Below, piece by piece: positions 18,866-27,724 of a DNA stretch of 45,424 nt; the first letter of the stretch is position 1, and each line of letters begins with the position of its first letter. The stretch is taken from the UHGV virus genome UHGV-0356033. One strand, 5' to 3'. The position numbers and the translations under genes are program-made. A model generated the notes under the pieces. It searched no databases and was not told the origin of the DNA. It saw only the letters and a list, made by a program, of their open reading frames with translations. The stretch comes from a virus.

Positions 18866-19489
18866 ATGGCTACGCGTTTACCACTCCAGGTACCAGTCAA
18901 CACCACGGGACTGTTTAAAGTAAAAACACCATTTACTTTGGCCGAGACCGTCATTTATACTGTAGAAGCGTCACGTACCTTCCCAGATTTAGTACGTCAG
19001 AATATTGACGTTTATAACTCGTATTACCAGCCAGTAGGGCTAGGACGTGAAGAATATTTAGCAGATGCGAATGTTAGTGCGTCGATTCTGACATTTAAAT
19101 CTCGGGACGGTCAAGTTGTATATATACCTGACACTTACCTGGAATCATACCCAGGTTTATCCGGGATCACGTATCAACGAAATGTGTTAGTGGTAGATTT
19201 GGCACTAGTACCGGATTACGTGAAAGTGTCGTCTATAACAAAAGACGTTTCAGATATTCTCACGCATACACTGGGGATTGAGCCGAAAGTTGAAATTACA
19301 ACGCTCGAGTATGAGGGGAAGGTAACGGAGGAACAACACTTGCAGATGGAAGCGGCACGAAAAAATAAAATTCGTGAATCTATTCCATTAGGTGAGAAAG
19401 TTGCTGCGTTGACAGAAGAAAACAAAAAATTAAAAGAGTTAAACAACCAAATGTTAGAGATTCTTAAAGCTAACGGGTTAGTTAACTAA
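18866..19489 (+). CDS. hypothetical protein (207 aa)
   Basis: ATG 18866 with GAGGAG SD 6 nt upstream, 3 nt after stop of previous gene. Confidence 0.6.
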   Translation: MATRLPLQVPVNTTGLFKVKTPFTLAETVIYTVEASRTFPDLVRQNIDVYNSYYQPVGLGREEYLADANVSASILTFKSRDGQVVYIPDTYLESYPGLSGITYQRNVLVVDLALVPDYVKVSSITKDVSDILTHTLGIEPKVEITTLEYEGKVTEEQHLQMEAARKNKIRESIPLGEKVAALTEENKKLKELNNQMLEILKANGLVN

Positions 19490-19495
19490 AAAGAT

Positions 19496-19532
19496 TACCC
19501 TACTCCCGAAGGAGTAGGGTAGCTTTTATTTT
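19496..19532. terminator. bidirectional intrinsic terminator
   Basis: 11-bp stem 19496-19506/19511-19521 (TACCCTACTCC/GGAGTAGGGTA) with CGAA loop, followed by TTTTATTTT. Confidence 0.65.
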
Positions 19533-20082
19533 AAATGTCGACTTCTAGTTTACGGTAATCGATGACGCCTTGAGCAATCATAGCAGCAACATCGTTCCAG
19601 GTACGAAAAATGAAGTAAACTGTGTCTCCGTTTAAAAAGATGTTAGATTCTTTATCCGGGAAATCGTCTTCGCTGAGGTAGTAGTAGGGTTTGTCGAAAG
19701 GGAAGTCGCGCTCATCAGAGGAACCAAGTACCGCATAACGATTGCCACAATCAAACAGAATCTTCCAACCAGACATTTCACTATTAGCGTCAATACGATC
19801 GTCGATTTCAACGGTAATAGGAGAACGATCAAGAAAGTTGATTGTAACCTCCCCGTTATGCTGTCGTTTAAATCGACGAATATCCGTAGGCACAATTTCA
19901 GATGCTGCTATAAGGGAATAAAGTTGTGTTACGGTGATCTTTTTGTAAACACTATCGCCATCCCACAAACGATCAAATAAGAAATTAGCCAGGAAATTTA
20001 TATCCTTTAAACGTGAACGGAAAACAGAACCACGACGAATACCGTAAGCCAGATGAGTTAAATATTCAGACGATGGAAACAT
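19531..20082 (-). CDS. hypothetical protein (183 aa)
   Basis: ATG 20082-20080 with AGGAG SD. Confidence 0.55.
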   Translation of the reverse strand: MFPSSEYLTHLAYGIRRGSVFRSRLKDINFLANFLFDRLWDGDSVYKKITVTQLYSLIAASEIVPTDIRRFKRQHNGEVTINFLDRSPITVEIDDRIDANSEMSGWKILFDCGNRYAVLGSSDERDFPFDKPYYYLSEDDFPDKESNIFLNGDTVYFIFRTWNDVAAMIAQGVIDYRKLEVDI

Positions 20083-20099
20083 TTTAATACTCCTAAGGT

Positions 20100-20135
20100 G
20101 GAAAAAGAATTAACCCTACTCCCGGAGGAGTAGGG
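20100..20135 (-). terminator. intrinsic terminator downstream of gene 20144..21076
   Basis: Stem 20114-20122/20127-20135 (CCCTACTCC/GGAGTAGGG) with CGGA loop; T-run on minus strand. Confidence 0.6.
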
Positions 20136-20143
20136 GATTTAAA

Positions 20144-21076
20144 TTACTTTTTGGTTTGACCCAGGTTTTCAAGAACCAGTTCACGAATGTACTTCTGAGT
20201 ACGTTTCTTCGGCGGTAAAGCCATAAGGGTGTCAACGATTCCCTGCCCACCGATAACCTTGCTGACGAGTTGTTGAACTTGGAAGAGTTCTGCTTCTTCG
20301 TCACTGATTTCATTAGCTTGGTCTTTCTGACACAATGCTTCTACCAGGTCAGCTACGGATATTTCATTTTCGTCACCAGGGAAATCCAGGTTTAACGATT
20401 CGAAAACATCACGCTTAACGAGCACAGATTTCAGATCATCGTAGTTTTCACAAACGGCGACTTCTGTGCCAGGTACCGTTTCTTCTTCGTCTTGATCTTC
20501 ATTCTCAGCGGAGAGGTAACTTACTTCTGTTGCGTGGAATGTTGCGTCAGCTTTTCTCAGGACGTAGCTCACATGCGACCAATTGCTCAGGATGAAGTAG
20601 ACAACACCCCCATTTAATCCGATATTGCCCTGGCGAAGTTCGAGAGCAATTTCCAGGCGGCGTGAAATCTGCCCCAAGTCAAAGAAAGACTCGTCGCGTG
20701 CCGCAACAACTTCGTACTGATTCACCCCTTGTTCTACAACAACGAACCAGTTATCCGGGAGAGGATACGGGTTGCGCATGAAAGAAAGTTCGTTCCCTAC
20801 GCCTGGGTCAACAGTAACGGATGTATGGCGCATTCCCATGGAGAAGTTGAACGTATCCCCATTTAGAACCGCAATTGCACCGTCAATCGGAAGAATTTTG
20901 GTGGTACGATCAATAGAGAAAATCTCTTTCTGCGTAATTGAAGGCTGATTACTGCCTAGGAAGTGATTACGCAGAAAAGCAGCGGTTGCACCTACGCTGG
21001 TTTGTAGCATATGGTAATTATAACGACGACGTAGAGTGTTAGCCAGTTCGTAAATTACTTCAGATGGAAAAGTCAT
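20144..21076 (-). CDS. hypothetical protein (310 aa)
   Basis: ATG 21076-21074 with AGAGGA SD. Confidence 0.6.
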   Translation of the reverse strand: MTFPSEVIYELANTLRRRYNYHMLQTSVGATAAFLRNHFLGSNQPSITQKEIFSIDRTTKILPIDGAIAVLNGDTFNFSMGMRHTSVTVDPGVGNELSFMRNPYPLPDNWFVVVEQGVNQYEVVAARDESFFDLGQISRRLEIALELRQGNIGLNGGVVYFILSNWSHVSYVLRKADATFHATEVSYLSAENEDQDEEETVPGTEVAVCENYDDLKSVLVKRDVFESLNLDFPGDENEISVADLVEALCQKDQANEISDEEAELFQVQQLVSKVIGGQGIVDTLMALPPKKRTQKYIRELVLENLGQTKK

Positions 21077-21129
21077 TTTAATAGTCCTCTTTTAGGTTTG
21101 TTCAAATCAACTAAGGGTTATGTAAAAAG

Positions 21130-21609
21130 TTAAAATAATGGCAAGTTACGCCATTGACCTACGGAATAAAAAGCTTTTGGATGTTTACGGATATACGCTT
21201 TCGCTTCTTCTGGCAACCAACGGTCACCTACCAGTTTTTGTTGTGCAACAATTACCGCCATCAACAAATACGGGTTTTTCGCACCGGGGAACTTTGCATT
21301 GGTTTCTAGTGCAATATCCAATATTGACGACCAGCCCAGTAATTTATGCTGCGCCGGTAAACGTTCTTCAATATACATCAGCCATTTCATGATTTGTTTA
21401 GGCTTGTACGGACAGGTATAATTCGCCCAACACACCATGACGAACTTAATAGCCTTCGCAATCACCCATACAGGGACAGTCACGAAAAGGCAGAAAATGG
21501 CCAACTGCGAGGCGGGCGCTTCGACAAAAGTAAGCGCTACAAGAACCATACACAGTTCAAGTACCACAAACCAAAAACGCGTTGGATAACGCCAAATGAA
21601 TTTTATCAT
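21130..21609 (-). CDS. membrane protein (159 aa), two N-terminal hydrophobic helices
   Basis: Hydrophobic stretches FWFVVLELCMVLVALTFV and LAIFCLFVTVPVWVIAKAIKFVMV. Confidence 0.5.
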   Translation of the reverse strand: MIKFIWRYPTRFWFVVLELCMVLVALTFVEAPASQLAIFCLFVTVPVWVIAKAIKFVMVCWANYTCPYKPKQIMKWLMYIEERLPAQHKLLGWSSILDIALETNAKFPGAKNPYLLMAVIVAQQKLVGDRWLPEEAKAYIRKHPKAFYSVGQWRNLPLF

Positions 21610-21629
21610 AACTCTGTTCCTTTAGGGAA

Positions 21630-21670
21630 TGAAAATAAAAGTACCCCTTACTCCGTATAGGGTAAGGGGT
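21630..21670 (-). terminator. intrinsic terminator downstream of gene 21676..22185
   Basis: Stem 21643-21651/21662-21670; T-run on minus strand. Confidence 0.5.
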
Positions 21671-21675
21671 AGAGG

Positions 21676-22185
21676 TTAGAAGAACGGCTGGTTTGGAATG
21701 ACAGCGTACTCTAAAATGAACATGTGTTCTGGGGCGTCTTCTTTACGCCAGACTTTGTGTGTCGACACAAGTTTTTCCAGAATCGTTAAGAAACTACGTT
21801 GGCAGTATGTGTTTTCACCAAGCAGTAGATTTTGAAGTTCTACAGTAGCGTCCATATACGCCTGTTTAAAGACTAAATTACGGTTATACTGCCCGGTAAA
21901 ATTCCAAAGCAAGACTTTCCCTTCTTCGGTTTCTTTTACCGTTGGTCGTAAACCACAAATCCACAACAAGGCAAGGTTGACGTTCCAGTCAAACTCTAAA
22001 CCTTCTTCTTCGTCATCACCGAATGCTGTGGGTAAAGCATCGTAAAATTCGTGTTTCTCTGCGAATTCTTCATCCGACTTAATCTCGTCTTCGATACTGC
22101 TTCGGACGATACTGTAAACGTCTTTCGCGGTCAATTGTGCGGCTTTTGTAATGCCTTTATACCAATCGGTTACTACGATGCTCAA
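21676..22185 (-). CDS. hypothetical protein (169 aa), TTG start
   Basis: No ATG at 5' end; TTG 22185-22183 preceded by AGAGGAG SD with 7-nt spacer; overlaps TGA of upstream gene. Confidence 0.5.
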   Translation of the reverse strand: MSIVVTDWYKGITKAAQLTAKDVYSIVRSSIEDEIKSDEEFAEKHEFYDALPTAFGDDEEEGLEFDWNVNLALLWICGLRPTVKETEEGKVLLWNFTGQYNRNLVFKQAYMDATVELQNLLLGENTYCQRSFLTILEKLVSTHKVWRKEDAPEHMFILEYAVIPNQPFF

Positions 22186-22880
22186 AGGGTAACTCCTCTA
22201 TTGATTGGAAAACTCGTGTTTATCGTATCCCAAATTCTACTAACTTCCGCCAGTTGAATCTGACGTGGTGTTTTCTTCGCAAACGCAAGCTGACGTGGGG
22301 CCGAGCCCACAACAACAGGCACATCGATTTTCGCGCTATAGAACGCGGCGTCTTTCATAAAGCCTGCCATTTCTCGTTGTGCTGCTCGAGATTTGCTTTT
22401 GATTCGCGTGTGAGCGCCACTTTCACCCCAGTGGTAAGCTAACGCAATTTCAGCCATGGTGGGCTTGCGTTTGAGTCGTTTGGTTAACCCCTTCTCAAGA
22501 TGTTTAACATACGCAGTAGCCAGCAAAACAGCGTTACGCGGATTATACAAATCGGCGTTCTGACTAAGACCTAATTCTTTTCCATAAAGCTTTAGCAGAT
22601 TACGCTTGGTACTTGGAAGCATTTGTACCAGGCTATGTGCTCGTGAGCTTTTGTTGTAAGCCTTGGGATCAAAACGCGATTCACGATAAATCAGCGTAAT
22701 CATCAGCTTGGGATCAACGCCCTGCTTTCGTGAGATTTCCACAATTAACGGGCTGACTTTTTCGAACCGATGTTGGATTTGTGCAAACTCACGCTGATGC
22801 TTAGAATGTGGCGTTGACGTTGACGCCTGTGCGTTAAACGCGAAAAGTGTTACCAGTAAAAGGAAGAAGATACGAAACAT
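22182..22880 (-). CDS. secreted lytic transglycosylase, SLT domain (232 aa)
   Basis: Signal peptide MFRIFFLLLVTLFAFNAQA; SLT catalytic-region motif LIYRESRFDPKA...AHSLVQMLP; ATG 22880 has GGAGA SD (alternative ATG at 22907). Confidence 0.55.
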   Translation of the reverse strand: MFRIFFLLLVTLFAFNAQASTSTPHSKHQREFAQIQHRFEKVSPLIVEISRKQGVDPKLMITLIYRESRFDPKAYNKSSRAHSLVQMLPSTKRNLLKLYGKELGLSQNADLYNPRNAVLLATAYVKHLEKGLTKRLKRKPTMAEIALAYHWGESGAHTRIKSKSRAAQREMAGFMKDAAFYSAKIDVPVVVGSAPRQLAFAKKTPRQIQLAEVSRIWDTINTSFPINRGVTL

Positions 22881-22980
22881 TTTGTTTCTCCAGTTGGATT
22901 TATACATTTCCGTATTCCGTAAGACGAAATGACGGCGCGGACAGCTAATACTCCTTTGTTGTGTGCCCTAATGATAATAT

Positions 22981-23478
22981 CTATTTAAAAGAGTTTGGAA
23001 TTAATGACTCTGCTTCTTGGTACAACTTATCAGGTAAGTATAACGTGTAGCACTGCCTCCTCGGTTCAAGTTTTTTGTAAAGCCACAAAAAGATTTCTTG
23101 TCTTTCCCAGGAATCTAACCACCCATTTGCCATTCCCAGTGGAGGGATAGCAACGCTGGTATCCAGTTCCTCAACACAATCTGCTAATGCGGTAATGCCC
23201 GCAGTAACATAAGAAACCTGGGACTTTAAACGCCAATGTGTTTTCGTTGGGAGCAAGATGCACTTTTCATCAGGGTAAACGTAAACGCTTCCAATCTTAA
23301 TTTCGTCTTCGCGACACCGCTTACGGTAATCTTGATAAAGGTTGGGGTAGCGTTCACGGCACGCCAGTGCAATACCGCGACCCATCGCTCCTACGCAGTT
23401 AATGGTAACGACTTTATAGTCTTCGGGCGCATTAAAAAGATCGTTACCAATTTCAGATTCTTTACGTACCGTTAACAT
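22981..23478 (-). CDS. macro-domain-like protein (putative ADP-ribose binding or hydrolase), 165 aa
   Basis: VVTINCVGAMGRGIA resembles macro N-A-A-N...G-G-G-V-A motif and VAIPPLGMANGW resembles the macro F-P-x-I-S-x-G-x-x-G motif; start at 23478 chosen from domain architecture, weak SD. Confidence 0.4.
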   Translation of the reverse strand: MLTVRKESEIGNDLFNAPEDYKVVTINCVGAMGRGIALACRERYPNLYQDYRKRCREDEIKIGSVYVYPDEKCILLPTKTHWRLKSQVSYVTAGITALADCVEELDTSVAIPPLGMANGWLDSWERQEIFLWLYKKLEPRRQCYTLYLPDKLYQEAESLIPNSFK

Positions 23479-23565
23479 AACGAAACGCCCGGAGTTGATG
23501 TGTAGTATTAAAACGTGTACCGCCGATTGATAGCTCGACAAGTATAGCGATATATGTTTTACCCA

Positions 23566-23934
23566 TTATCGATTTTTCGTAATCCATTGCTTGACCGCCG
23601 CTTCTAAACCTTCGTGTTGTAAGCCCAGGCGTTGCATAGTCAGCGCCAAGTTGAGCGTGTGCACAACCTGTTCACGGAACTGATGATCGTTCATGCGGTC
23701 CCAGACCTTCTCTACCGAAATATTGTATTTCCAGAGCAAATAAGCTTCACGACACGATGCGCGACGAACCAAACTAGGTTTAACAAAAGGCAACTCGATT
23801 TCAGGCAAGTAACCTAAAAGCTTAACTAGCGGCGTTACCTGCGTCTTACCAAAGTCACCGCACTGATAACAAATTTGTAGAATATCAATTTCATTCAACG
23901 GTATACCGTAAATTGATGGGTTCTCTGTGAACAT
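23566..23934 (-). CDS. hypothetical protein (122 aa)
   Basis: ATG 23934 with GAGGAGAA SD; contains CYQCGDFGKT. Confidence 0.5.
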   Translation of the reverse strand: MFTENPSIYGIPLNEIDILQICYQCGDFGKTQVTPLVKLLGYLPEIELPFVKPSLVRRASCREAYLLWKYNISVEKVWDRMNDHQFREQVVHTLNLALTMQRLGLQHEGLEAAVKQWITKNR

Positions 23935-24136
23935 TCATATTCTCCTCAGGCTCGAAATGTGATTCGGGTGGCAACGTCCCTAAAGCCCCTTGGATACAAG
24001 CCGTCAGTGAAGGTTTGCCGAAACAGACCTTACCTATTGTCCCAACATTGGGATGCTGTAAGAACGCTTTTGCACGTTCGTATTCCTTCCAACAAATACT
24101 CGTATCCAAACCACCCACTCCGTACGATTTTAACAT
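23891..24136 (-). CDS. hypothetical protein (81 aa)
   Basis: ATG 24136 with AGGAGG SD; 3' end overlaps next gene by 44 nt in another frame. Confidence 0.45.
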   Translation of the reverse strand: MLKSYGVGGLDTSICWKEYERAKAFLQHPNVGTIGKVCFGKPSLTACIQGALGTLPPESHFEPEENMNVHREPINLRYTVE

Positions 24137-24202
24137 AATTAGCCCTCCTGACGTAAATTTCTCACACTCATAGTGAGGTACGCCAAGAGAGCTTTATTGT
24201 TT

Positions 24203-24646
24203 TTAGAATGTTTTGCTAAAATCGACCCACTCACGATCGCGTGAGTAAACCGCCTGATAGCCGCGTCGGATGAAATACTCTTTTGCTTCTTTACATTTCG
24301 CATACATGCCAGTAACAATTTCGCCGAAAACTTCATCAGCTGCAATTGCTTTGAAAATCTCTTTCATTACACCCCGTTGACGATAGTCTGGGAGCACGTA
24401 TACCGAACGTATCTTAAGTGAACCGTTACGATTCCGATAACTACAGTATCCTACCGCGACATCATCCTGATACACCAGAACTATGCAGTTACCTTCGATC
24501 AGCTGTCGCGCATTTAACTTCGGCACCGACATTTTGATTTTCAGTAACGTGGCCTGGTGGTCTAAGTAACGGTAGTGCAGTTTGAGTAAATCGGCAGCTT
24601 GTCGCTCACCGACTTTAGAAGATGCGTTCAACAAATAAATTTCCAT
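24203..24646 (-). CDS. GNAT-family N-acetyltransferase (147 aa)
   Basis: GNAT-like core VYVLPDYRQRGVMKEIFKAIAA and C-terminal YFIRRGYQAV; ATG 24646 with AAGG SD. Confidence 0.5.
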   Translation of the reverse strand: MEIYLLNASSKVGERQAADLLKLHYRYLDHQATLLKIKMSVPKLNARQLIEGNCIVLVYQDDVAVGYCSYRNRNGSLKIRSVYVLPDYRQRGVMKEIFKAIAADEVFGEIVTGMYAKCKEAKEYFIRRGYQAVYSRDREWVDFSKTF

Positions 24647-24677
24647 TTGCAAACCTTAGAGACGCAAAAAAGTAAAA

Positions 24678-24806
24678 TTAAAACCAACGCGCGATGACGA
24701 AAGCCGCAGCGGCTAATATGGCTGTGGTGATTATCAATCCACCCCATGAAAGTTCCGCGTCGTATAGTGCGGATATCGCTACATTCGTAGCGTTTATCGT
24801 GGTCAT
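24678..24806 (-). CDS. small membrane peptide (42 aa)
   Basis: Hand-translated: MTTINATNVAISALYDAELSWGGLIITTAILAAAAFVIARWF; AGGAG SD 6 nt upstream of ATG 24806; too short for ORF track. Confidence 0.35.
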   Translation of the reverse strand: MTTINATNVAISALYDAELSWGGLIITTAILAAAAFVIARWF

Positions 24807-24863
24807 TTTCTGCTCCTGTCAATACCCTCATACCGGAGGGTATCTTCTGGATTATCTGGGTGG

Positions 24864-24962
24864 TTAATCTTCGAACGCCCAACGGTGACGTTTAATCAGC
24901 CAGTTTAAACCTTTACCAATTAACCACAACGAGCCAAGTGTTAACAGAACCCCTACAACCAT
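24864..24962 (-). CDS. small membrane peptide (32 aa)
   Basis: Hand-translated: MVVGVLLTLGSLWLIGKGLNWLIKRHRWAFED; AGGAGAGGG SD upstream of ATG 24962; too short for ORF track. Confidence 0.3.
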   Translation of the reverse strand: MVVGVLLTLGSLWLIGKGLNWLIKRHRWAFED

Positions 24963-24972
24963 ATTCCCTCTC

Positions 24973-25158
24973 CTAATTCCGCCATTCGCATTCGCGTTGA
25001 CGCCAAATTGAACCCCATGATAGTTTAATCAGATAAGATGAAACTACCCATAAAATCATCACCACACAAAACATGACATAAAGAACCGCTAGTATGGACA
25101 TGAAGCCAAACCCTGCCGCATCCACAATACGACGGAACCAATCAGTTTGCATAAACAA
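24973..25158 (-). CDS. small membrane protein (about 59-61 aa)
   Basis: Hydrophobic core FGFMSILAVLYVMFCVVMILWVVSSYLI; TTG 25158 with GAAGGAG SD 6 nt upstream (or ATG 25152); overlaps 3' end of ATPase gene. Confidence 0.4.
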   Translation of the reverse strand: MFMQTDWFRRIVDAAGFGFMSILAVLYVMFCVVMILWVVSSYLIKLSWGSIWRQRECEWRN

Positions 25159-27646
25159 TTTTTACTCCTTCGTTATACACCGCAGGCAATGTCACCCCTT
25201 CCGGTTCGATGACACAGTACGATGCTTCATTAAGTTTAGAATGAACCTCGGCTTCGTGGGAGACTACCAACAGTTGAGAAAATTCTCCCGAGTTTGCTAA
25301 CGTTTTAATAAAACCGACCAGGTTGTTACGGTGCTCCTCATCCATGCCTTCCGAAGGCTCATCCAAAAGCAACGGAAACTGATGCAACTTCAGCGCTTTG
25401 TACGCAGTCAGCCTGAACATCAGATTAAATATCGCACGCTGCGCCTTAGACCCTTTACGCACGTCAGGAACAGGCTCAGGATGCGTTTTTAGCTGGACAG
25501 GAAAAGTATAATCCAAATCGCCGTCAGTGAGGTCACAAGGCATAACGCGCATGGGGTACGTCCAGACCTGTTCGATATAACGCGTCATTAACTCTGTGAT
25601 TCTAACGATAGCGTTGTAAAAATACTTTCTAAGTACACCCTTTTCTGGCGAGAAGGCTTGAATCATCAGTTTGTTATTGAACTGCTGGGCTTGTAAGTCA
25701 GCAAGTTCGCGTTCCAAACTGTTGAGCTGATTCAATTCATTTTCCATCTGACGATAACGTTCGCGTGCGGTTGTAAAAGCATCCAGCTTCCCTTCTCGAG
25801 CACGTAAGAGTTCCTCGACGACCGTATTTGTCAACGTAACCTTAACATCACTCTCTAACCGTTCGAATAACGCACTGAAATCATCTACAGCACGTTTAAC
25901 ATTCACCAGATAGGTAAGTGTCGTGTTAGCCAGTTCGTGCTCTCTACGACGCATTGAGAGCATCTCTGTGGCTTTACCTAATCGTGACTGTTGAAAAGCA
26001 ATTTTCTGTTGTAAAGCACCATCGACGTTACCAACGGCCGCTACGGCATCCTGCCATTCTTTTTCCGCCTTCACTAACCGTTGTCGGGTTTCATGGTACT
26101 CAATAGCAGAGTACAACTCACCGTCAAACGCTGCGCATAGACTCCCGAACTGCTCGCGTGATTCTGTGAAAACGTTACGTTCTTGCAAACGCTTAAAGAA
26201 CATGCTCAATACCGGGTCCTTTGAATACGTCAGCACAATCTCACGAACCTGCCGCATATAAGTTACATCAGATTCTAACTCAACACGATCGCGTAATAGG
26301 GCCTCTAACTGCGTTTGCAGTTCCGTGCGCTGCTGCTGTTGTCCGCGAATCGAAGACTCAAGTTCAGGTAAAGAACGTGTAACACCAGGCCGAAACTTAA
26401 ACCGGCACTGCGGACAATCCACTTCCGCTGTTTCTAAGTAGTGATTACGTTCGTGATTTAAATTCTGTAAAACGTTCTCCACTCGCTGGAGTCTATCCCG
26501 CAACCCTGCGGTTTTTTGATCCATCACCAGAAGCCGTTCTTCCAAAACATTGAGTTTTTCAGTTGAATGAATTGCGTCCAGTGTTGTTCCTAACCGTTGC
26601 CCCCAGACACGCGCATCGGTAGCCGCACGAAGTTGGTCTAAATTGACGTTGTCGTTAAATAGACCCGGAAAGAGATGCTCGGTGTCCCATTTGGTAAGTA
26701 ACTCACGTAAACGCGCCAATGTATTCTTGAGACCTTCGTGATTCCGCATCAGGTAGTCTTGTCGTGTCGACTCATCCATCAATAACGACAAGTCTTTATT
26801 CAACATCGATACCTCTGTTTCAGTAGACACGACAGCTTCGCGGGCCGTCGCTTCGTTTTGTCGCGCGGCCAGTATCTGTTCATCAGTAGGCAGTCCACCA
26901 CGATGTTGTAATATTGCGTCGATGGTTGGGCCCAAGCTGTTTAATAACGCTTGGATTGTTTCGATGGTGACGGCACGATTTAATCCTGGCAACTGTTCGA
27001 TTTCTCGGTTCAGTTCACGTAAATCCGATTCCAAACCTTTTAATCTCGTCGCCAACTGCTGCCGTTCTTCCTCGTTCTCAATAACACGCGTCCGCAATTC
27101 GGCGATTTTACGGCTGGTGATTTCAATACCCCCATTTAAGGCAGTAAGGTTTTTACGTAAACGTTGATAAAACCCTAACGCGTAGGTGAGGTCAGAGGTA
27201 CTTAAACGGTAAAACCACTTACGACGCAGTTCCGTTCCTGCATCCGTTAAAAGCACTTCTCCGTTCAGTAGTTCTTTAATCTCTTTTGTAATGCCTGTGA
27301 TTTCTTCAACACGGGAGTTGTAGACTTTCGCATTACCTTGCTCGACGATCTTTGCCCCCGTGGTCAAGTTCTCAATATCACAAACCAGTGAGTTCCCTTT
27401 ACGGGCAACTTTGAAACGATAGCGTTGATCGCCAACTAAACAGTAGTTCGTGTAAGAACCGCCGTCTCTGAATTCAGTTTTAGCCGGTGCTAAGGGTAAG
27501 AACACAGACAGTAGACTGGTTTTCCCGCAGCCGTTCCCACCCAGGATAATTGTTGTTGGAGACTGGATAGTGAAATCGAAAGTTTCAATTTCATGTAACC
27601 CCATCCCCGTAAAACCTTTGAGTATAATGCGTTCAACTTTTAGCAT
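25142..27646 (-). CDS. Rad50/SbcC-family (SMC-like) ATPase with coiled coil and CxxC zinc hook (834 aa)
   Basis: Walker A GGNGCGKTS near N-terminus; long coiled-coil middle with CPQC; C-terminal signature-like GSKAQRA, Walker B LLLDEPSEGMD, H-loop VVSHEA; start set at ATG 27646 (GGAGG SD) rather than track 27721. Confidence 0.6.
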   Translation of the reverse strand: MLKVERIILKGFTGMGLHEIETFDFTIQSPTTIILGGNGCGKTSLLSVFLPLAPAKTEFRDGGSYTNYCLVGDQRYRFKVARKGNSLVCDIENLTTGAKIVEQGNAKVYNSRVEEITGITKEIKELLNGEVLLTDAGTELRRKWFYRLSTSDLTYALGFYQRLRKNLTALNGGIEITSRKIAELRTRVIENEEERQQLATRLKGLESDLRELNREIEQLPGLNRAVTIETIQALLNSLGPTIDAILQHRGGLPTDEQILAARQNEATAREAVVSTETEVSMLNKDLSLLMDESTRQDYLMRNHEGLKNTLARLRELLTKWDTEHLFPGLFNDNVNLDQLRAATDARVWGQRLGTTLDAIHSTEKLNVLEERLLVMDQKTAGLRDRLQRVENVLQNLNHERNHYLETAEVDCPQCRFKFRPGVTRSLPELESSIRGQQQQRTELQTQLEALLRDRVELESDVTYMRQVREIVLTYSKDPVLSMFFKRLQERNVFTESREQFGSLCAAFDGELYSAIEYHETRQRLVKAEKEWQDAVAAVGNVDGALQQKIAFQQSRLGKATEMLSMRRREHELANTTLTYLVNVKRAVDDFSALFERLESDVKVTLTNTVVEELLRAREGKLDAFTTARERYRQMENELNQLNSLERELADLQAQQFNNKLMIQAFSPEKGVLRKYFYNAIVRITELMTRYIEQVWTYPMRVMPCDLTDGDLDYTFPVQLKTHPEPVPDVRKGSKAQRAIFNLMFRLTAYKALKLHQFPLLLDEPSEGMDEEHRNNLVGFIKTLANSGEFSQLLVVSHEAEVHSKLNEASYCVIEPEGVTLPAVYNEGVKIVYAN

Positions 27647-27676
27647 ACCCACCTCCATAAAGACGGAGTGTGGTGT

Positions 27677-27719
27677 AAAAAGAAAAAAATAAAGAAAGGG
27701 AGAACCCGAAGGTTCTCCC
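27677..27719 (-). terminator. intrinsic terminator downstream of gene 27725..28333
   Basis: Stem 27698-27706/27711-27719 (GGGAGAACC/GGTTCTCCC) with CGAA loop; long T-run on minus strand. Confidence 0.6.
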
Positions 27720-27724
27720 AAACG

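Noticed and set aside
24139-24345. 68-aa minus-strand ORF from the track
   Set aside because: Nested out of frame within the 3' part of the GNAT gene; no ribosome-binding site
24628-24882. 84-aa minus-strand ORF from the track
   Set aside because: Overlaps, out of frame, two shorter ORFs that each have a proper SD and a membrane-helix product; no SD of its own
27647-27721. N-terminal extension of the ATPase ORF (MGEPSG... start at 27721)
   Set aside because: Extension lies within the upstream terminator hairpin and T-run; internal ATG 27646 has a GGAGG SD at correct spacing and starts the conserved ATPase N-terminus
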